A stretch of DNA of 11,515 nt from an uncultured bacterium (GTDB taxonomy: Bacteria; Hydrogenedentota; Hydrogenedentia; Hydrogenedentales; JAEUWI01), in NCBI GenBank assembly GCA_963977445.1, contig CAXBPH010000223.1, positions 1-11,515 of the forward strand, in the 5' to 3' direction. Made by a program: the position numbers and the translations under genes. The notes beneath the pieces are model-generated. The model made no database searches. It was given only the letters and a program-made list of their open reading frames with translations, and had not been told where the DNA came from. This document shows, one piece after another, positions 7,145-11,515 of this stretch (the stretch's first letter is position 1; each line of letters begins with the position of its first letter).

Positions 7145-7187
7145 TCAAAGGCCCCCCAGATCCGTTCAGCGGATGGGGGGCACTTGA
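7145..7187 (-). terminator. Terminator-like hairpin after clpP
   Basis: GCCCCCC-ATCCG-loop-CGGAT-(CT)-GGGGGGC followed by CTTTGAGTT on the minus strand. The T-tract is imperfect. Confidence 0.6.
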
Positions 7188-7221
7188 AAAGAATTAAAGT
7201 AAGTGTTGTAGTACCAGATAC

Positions 7222-7872
7222 TTAACGAGCTAAAATCTCATCGATGAGGCCATAGTCTTTGGCCTCTTCAGCGCCCATGAAGAAATCACGGTCGCTGTCT
7301 TCATGTATTCGCGCTACGGGCTGTCCGGTGTGCTTCACCAGGATTTCATCAATCATCTCACCAATGCGGATGATTTCCTTGGCCTGGATATCGATGTCTG
7401 ACGCCTGACCCTGAACCCCGCCCATAAGCTGGTGGAGGAGGAACCGGGAGTAGGGCAGTGCAAATCGCTTGCCTTTGGTACCGGCTGCCATGAGCACGGC
7501 GCCCATGCTGGCGGCCTGCCCCAGACAGATCGTGCTGATATCGGGCTTGATGAACTGCATCGTGTCATAAATGGCCAACCCTGCGGTGACACTGCCACCG
7601 GGGGAGTTCACATAGACGCTGATGTCTTTGTCCGGGTCTTCAGATTCCAGGAAGAGGAGCTGGGCGATGACATAATTGGCGACATAGTCGTCAATCGGCA
7701 TACCCAGAAAGATGATGCGATCCTCAAGCAGGCGCGAATAAATATCGTAGGCCCGCTCGCCGCGGCTTGTCTGTTGATAAATCGTGACGTTCTCGGGTGC
7801 AACTGGATTGCGGCCACCGAGATTAGCCAATTGGGCGTGGATCGACATGGGATCAGGCATCGGCCTCTTCAT
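7222..7872 (-). CDS. clpP: ATP-dependent Clp protease proteolytic subunit ClpP
   Basis: [18 protein letters not shown], catalytic Ser (AASMG), His (LLHQ) and Asp (DRDFFM). The start is uncertain: ATG 7872, 7860 or 7848, of which the first two overlap the tig 3' end. Confidence 0.98.
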   Translation of the reverse strand: MKRPMPDPMSIHAQLANLGGRNPVAPENVTIYQQTSRGERAYDIYSRLLEDRIIFLGMPIDDYVANYVIAQLLFLESEDPDKDISVYVNSPGGSVTAGLAIYDTMQFIKPDISTICLGQAASMGAVLMAAGTKGKRFALPYSRFLLHQLMGGVQGQASDIDIQAKEIIRIGEMIDEILVKHTGQPVARIHEDSDRDFFMGAEEAKDYGLIDEILAR

Positions 7873-9271
7873 CCTCCTTGTAGAGTTCTTCCCGGGTCAC
7901 AACCTTATCGGTCACCTTGGCACTGTCCATGACAATTGCCAGGGCTTTCTGCCGGTAGATGCGGGTTTCGTAGTCACTGCGTTTGTCATCCTGACTCAGG
8001 AAGCGCTTGGCAATGTCCATATCCATACCCGTGCGGGCCATGATGGCCTGGGCTTCTTTTTCAAAGTCGGCTTCTTCCACCTGGATATCTTCGGCCGTGC
8101 CAATTTCATTGACAACTACATAGCCTTTGATTTCAGCAGCGGCATGATCTTCGGCCTGCTTGCGCATGGCTTCTTCACGGCTGTCGAGGTCTTCGGTGCT
8201 GACCCGGAGGGCCAACAGACGACGCACTTCCTGGTTAAAGTATTCTTTCGCACTGGACTCAATGAGGGACTTGGGAATTTCGAAGCTGCTGTTGGCAACA
8301 ATCGCTTCCACAGCGCGCTTTTCAGCAATCTGCTGTCCCTGGCCATTGGCCCCGTCCTGCAGGTCTTTGGAGACCTTTTCACGCAAGTCCGCGAGGCTAT
8401 CAAAGCCACCACCGGTCGCAAACTCGTCGTTGAGCTCAGGAAGGGTCTTCCGCTTGATCTCATTCACCTTGATGGTGAACGTAGCGGTTTTTCCAGCCAG
8501 GTCAACACTGGAATAGTCGTCCGGAAAAGGTACGTCGCACGTTACTTCAGCACCGGTCTCGGCACCCTGAAGGGCAGTCTCGAACTCGCTGAAGAAGCGG
8601 CCGGACCCGAGAATGTAGGGATAGTTTTCAGCGCTGCCGCCGGCAAAGGCTTCACCATTGATAACGCCGGTGAAATCGATAAGCACCTGATCGTCATTCT
8701 GTGCCTTGGCATCTTCCACCGTTTCATAGGCGGCGAAGCGTTCACGCATGCTTTCGATGGCTTCGTCGATCTGGGCGTCTTCGATCTTGAGGACCGGACG
8801 CTCGACGGCGATTCCTTTGTAGTCACCCAACGTAACGCGGGGAGCTACTTCGAACTTAAGCGTGAATTCCAAGGGGGCATCGACGGGCTTTTCGTGCACA
8901 TCTTCAAGACCGTCGATATCGGGATAATCGATGGGCTTCAGATCTTCCGCCTTGATGAGCTGACGGAAAGCTGCGCTGACGAGCTTCTCAATGGCTTCGC
9001 CACGAACGGCCTTGCCATACTTGCGCTCGAGCAGCTTACGGGGAGCCTTGCCGCGACGGAAACCGGGAATTTCGGCGTCGCTCTGCAGTTCTCCATACAT
9101 CTCTTCGGACTGTTTGAGCGTGTTGGAAGCAGCAATTGCCACCTTCACTTCATAGGCACACTCGCCCTTGTAGTCCACGTCGAACGTAGGAGCTTCGGCA
9201 AATTCGAATTCACCCTCGGCCACTTCGTTGTCTACTACTGCAACGTCATCACTCATATCGTTCTCGCTCAT
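7853..9271 (-). CDS. tig: Trigger factor (ribosome-associated chaperone / PPIase)
   Basis: Ribosome-binding signature [14 protein letters not shown]-like domain ([20 protein letters not shown]...LGSGRF...FPDDY...LAGKTATF); canonical tRNA-Leu-tig-clpP-clpX synteny. Confidence 0.97.
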   Translation of the reverse strand: MSENDMSDDVAVVDNEVAEGEFEFAEAPTFDVDYKGECAYEVKVAIAASNTLKQSEEMYGELQSDAEIPGFRRGKAPRKLLERKYGKAVRGEAIEKLVSAAFRQLIKAEDLKPIDYPDIDGLEDVHEKPVDAPLEFTLKFEVAPRVTLGDYKGIAVERPVLKIEDAQIDEAIESMRERFAAYETVEDAKAQNDDQVLIDFTGVINGEAFAGGSAENYPYILGSGRFFSEFETALQGAETGAEVTCDVPFPDDYSSVDLAGKTATFTIKVNEIKRKTLPELNDEFATGGGFDSLADLREKVSKDLQDGANGQGQQIAEKRAVEAIVANSSFEIPKSLIESSAKEYFNQEVRRLLALRVSTEDLDSREEAMRKQAEDHAAAEIKGYVVVNEIGTAEDIQVEEADFEKEAQAIMARTGMDMDIAKRFLSQDDKRSDYETRIYRQKALAIVMDSAKVTDKVVTREELYKEDEEADA

Positions 9272-9299
9272 AGTCTCAATCTACCAGGCTTGTCATCGT

Positions 9300-9384
9300 T
9301 GGTGGGCGAGGCGGGACTTGAACCCGCACACCGCGAGGTACCAGAACCTAAATCTGGCGCGTCTGCCAATTCCGCCACTCGCCC
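9300..9384 (-). tRNA. tRNA-Leu(TAG)
   Basis: Acceptor stem GGGCGAG/CTCGCCC, anticodon arm CCAGA-TTTAGGT-TCTGG, long variable arm, GTTCAAGTC T-loop and encoded CCA; 85 nt. Confidence 0.97.
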
Positions 9385-9411
9385 GTGTTTCCCAGATTGG
9401 GAAGGCTCCGT

Positions 9412-9420
9412 ATAGTACCA
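9412..9420 (-). promoter_or_regulatory. Putative extended -10 promoter for tRNA-Leu-tig-clpP
   Basis: TGG-TACTAT (extended -10) 27 nt upstream of tRNA-Leu; no convincing -35. Confidence 0.45.
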
Positions 9421-9455
9421 AAAAAAGCGGGCAAAACGGAATTAATTTCGCCCGC
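9420..9455 (-). terminator. Intrinsic terminator after tRNA-Gly/tRNA-Lys
   Basis: GCGGGCGAAA - 9-nt loop - TTTTGCCCGC followed by T7 on the minus strand. Confidence 0.75.
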
Positions 9456-9485
9456 GTAATATCGCGTTGAGGGGATTTGAAATAA

Positions 9486-9561
9486 TGGTGGGCCGTGAGG
9501 GGATCGAACCCCCGACCTTGTGATTAAGAGTCACCTGCTCTACCAGCTGAGCTAACGGCCC
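9486..9561 (-). tRNA. tRNA-Lys(CTT)
   Basis: Acceptor stem GGGCCGT/ACGGCCC, TAGCTCAG D-arm, anticodon loop CTCTTAA, GGTTCGATCC and encoded CCA; 76 nt. Confidence 0.97.
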
Positions 9562-9573
9562 GAAAAATAAAAA

Positions 9574-9649
<76 letters not shown>

Positions 9650-9665
9650 CCAAAGCGGTCCGCGT

Positions 9666-9737
9666 ATATTAGCAAAATGATTTTAAGCGTGTCAACATAC
9701 TCACCACTTTTTTTGTTAAAACTAATGATTTTTTTTC
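9666..9737 (-). promoter_or_regulatory. Stable-RNA-type sigma70 promoter for tRNA-Gly/tRNA-Lys
   Basis: TTGACA (9695-9690) - 18 nt - TAATAT (9671-9666) with an extended TG, a GC-rich discriminator ACGCGGACCGC and an upstream A-tract UP-like element (~9708-9737). Confidence 0.75.
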
Positions 9738-9745
9738 GACTCGCT

Positions 9746-10351
9746 TCAAAAGCGCACATCAAAGCCAACACACAGATGAGGCTCTAGCGGGTGCTTGGTA
9801 ATGATGTCATATTTCTTCTGCACCAGCGGCCACTCTTCGGGAACACAGGCACCATACATATATTCCACGCCCACATAGTCCTTCATCATCAGTGTTGCAA
9901 CCTCTTCGGGCGGCTTGAAGCGAAATCGATAGTGGCGACTGATTTCTTTTAAGCCCAGCCGTCGATAGTAACGCTGGGCCCGTCGATCCTGACTCCAGTA
10001 TTCGAGGCGGTTAAAGCCGAGCCGTTTCGCATCTTCAATCGTGGCATCCATCAGCAACTTTCCGATGCCCTGCCCCCCATAGGCCGGCAATCGCCCCAAT
10101 TCCAGTACGTATCCACCGGGACTGTCTTTTTGAAAACACAGCTCGCCCGTTTCGTTTTCGTATTGAACATCCGTCAGCCCCACCAGCTTTTCCCCGTCCA
10201 GGGCCACCAAACGGGTGGACGTGAATCCTGCGTAATCAGGACGCTCCTGGATACAGTAGTTCCACGCGTGGGAAATGCTCATGATAATTGCATGCGCTTC
10301 CATCCACGCCGCCTCATCTTCATCGCTATAGTGTCGGACCGTAATACTCAT
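9746..10351 (-). CDS. GNAT family N-acetyltransferase
   Basis: N-terminal ITVRHY, RLVALDGEKLVG strand, acetyl-CoA motif A PAYGGQGIGKLLM and AQRYYRRLG motif B. SD AAGGAGAGG; the ATG overlaps the upstream TGA (ATGA). Confidence 0.9.
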   Translation of the reverse strand: MSITVRHYSDEDEAAWMEAHAIIMSISHAWNYCIQERPDYAGFTSTRLVALDGEKLVGLTDVQYENETGELCFQKDSPGGYVLELGRLPAYGGQGIGKLLMDATIEDAKRLGFNRLEYWSQDRRAQRYYRRLGLKEISRHYRFRFKPPEEVATLMMKDYVGVEYMYGACVPEEWPLVQKKYDIITKHPLEPHLCVGFDVRF

Positions 10352-11418
10352 GCCCTCTCCTTCTTCTCTAATTTTGCCAAAAAGGACTCCCCTTCCGCGC
10401 GACAGTCTAGTGCTTCCGCCATGGCGCTGAAGTTACTCCGGGCGTCGTCACTGTTGGGGTCCAGCGTGAGCGCTCGCTTTATCCGCGCGAAGGCCTTTTC
10501 CGTTTCGCCATGCTGCCAGAGGACCACGGCCAGGTCATTGTGATTTTGCGCCAGGTGGGGCTCCATCTGAATCGCTTCCACGTAAATTCGAATGGCACCA
10601 GCAGGATCGCCCGCCTCCAGCCGTAAGGCCGCCCGGCGGTTATGTTGCAAGGATGCCTGAAAACTATCCAATCGATCTTCCGGGCGTAGGTCCCACTTAC
10701 TTCCAAAGCGGGCTTCATTCTGTGCAATCAGGGACTGCCACGCCGGGCCCACCAGCCCCATGGCCTGAAAGGTCTGGCTGCCATAGTGAAACACAAAGCT
10801 ACCTTCATCCACACAGAGTCGATAGCCCGCCCGGAGAATACGAACGCAGTAGTCATCGTCTTCGAAGTTGCCCGTGGCAAATTGTTCGTCGAAGTAACCT
10901 ATATCATCGATGACCTCTTTGCGAACCAGCATACAGAAGCCAACCAACCGTGCAACGTCACGAATTTCGATGTCGGAGGCGTTCCGTCGCGAGGCGGCGT
11001 AGTCGTTAATCTCGTCCAGACTACCAAGCGTCAAGTCGGGGACTAACTGGCTACCGGAGACGCAATTGGTCATGGGACCCACCGCGCCAATATCGGGTGA
11101 CGCGGTCAAGGTGGATACCATTCGTGTCAGCCATCCGATGGGCATCAGGGTATCGTTGTTCAGAATGACAACATGCCCGGGGGCGCGCTTCATACCGAGA
11201 TTCACGCCCGCCGCAAAACCCAGGTTCGTATCGGAACGGAGCACCGTTACCGCAGGCATATCGGTGAAGAATTCCGCCAGGGGGGGATCGGATCCGTTAT
11301 CCACCAGAATCACCCGAAAGGGATAGTCCGTATTCACCAGAATACTGGCAATACACTGGCGGGTAAACTCCACCTGGTTGAAGGCGGGTATGACGATGGT
11401 AATTTCGGTCGGGCTCAT
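10348..11418 (-). CDS. GT2 family glycosyltransferase with C-terminal TPR repeats
   Basis: IVIPAFN, VDNGS, NLGFAAGVNLG, LNNDT (DxD-like), GFCMLVR, FDEQF...FEDDDYC and VFHYGSQT motifs. C-terminal TPR-like helices (YVEAIQMEPHLAQNHNDLA, ALTLDPNSDDARSN). Start placed at ATG 11418 rather than TTG 11454. Confidence 0.93.
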   Translation of the reverse strand: MSPTEITIVIPAFNQVEFTRQCIASILVNTDYPFRVILVDNGSDPPLAEFFTDMPAVTVLRSDTNLGFAAGVNLGMKRAPGHVVILNNDTLMPIGWLTRMVSTLTASPDIGAVGPMTNCVSGSQLVPDLTLGSLDEINDYAASRRNASDIEIRDVARLVGFCMLVRKEVIDDIGYFDEQFATGNFEDDDYCVRILRAGYRLCVDEGSFVFHYGSQTFQAMGLVGPAWQSLIAQNEARFGSKWDLRPEDRLDSFQASLQHNRRAALRLEAGDPAGAIRIYVEAIQMEPHLAQNHNDLAVVLWQHGETEKAFARIKRALTLDPNSDDARSNFSAMAEALDCRAEGESFLAKLEKKERA

Positions 11419-11424
11419 AGGTCG

Positions 11425-11454
11425 ATTATGGACGGTGCGGCCGCCTTTCCGCAA
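11425..11454 (-). promoter_or_regulatory. Putative promoter giving a leaderless GT2 transcript
   Basis: TTGCGG (11454-11449) - 18 nt - CATAAT (11430-11425) - 6 nt - ATG, with no SD. Confidence 0.5.
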
Positions 11455-11515
11455 CGGTCGCCCTAGGAGTCTGACTCCGAATCCCCGTGGCGCACGCGAA
11501 ATCAGTTGCGAGCAG

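Noticed and set aside
6898..7197. 99-aa + strand ORF in the clpP-clpX gap
   Set aside because: Overlaps the clpX start, its promoters and a terminator hairpin in antisense; no SD or domain.
7784..9415. 543-aa + strand ORF
   Set aside because: Antisense shadow of tig that also runs across tRNA-Leu; no recognisable domain.
9486..9561. G27-A43 mismatch at the top of the tRNA-Lys anticodon stem as a sign of a pseudo-tRNA
   Set aside because: All other elements are intact, and mismatches at 27-43 are tolerated in functional tRNAs.

Overview
Bacterial chromosomal window, moderately GC-rich, with almost all genes on the minus strand. From right to left it holds a GT2 glycosyltransferase-TPR gene coupled by an ATGA overlap to a GNAT acetyltransferase, then tRNA-Gly(GCC), tRNA-Lys(CTT) and tRNA-Leu(TAG). 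Next comes the conserved protein quality-control cluster tig-clpP-clpX-lon-engB(yihA), split by several terminator-like hairpins and sigma70-like promoters. The left ~2.2 kb is accessory: a multi-pass membrane protein (the only plausible + strand gene), an LRAT/permuted NlpC-P60 protein and a TerB-like protein. The most notable unexplained features are (i) the LRAT + TerB-like + membrane protein module, (ii) imperfect 14-bp inverted repeats flanking the lone + strand gene, (iii) a hairpin-dense 290-nt convergent intergenic region, (iv) a two-state, SD-sequestering lon leader, (v) three CGTC-type REP-like repeats with compensatory changes, and (vi) a parS-like site. All calls come from reading the sequence by eye; no database search or folding program was run.
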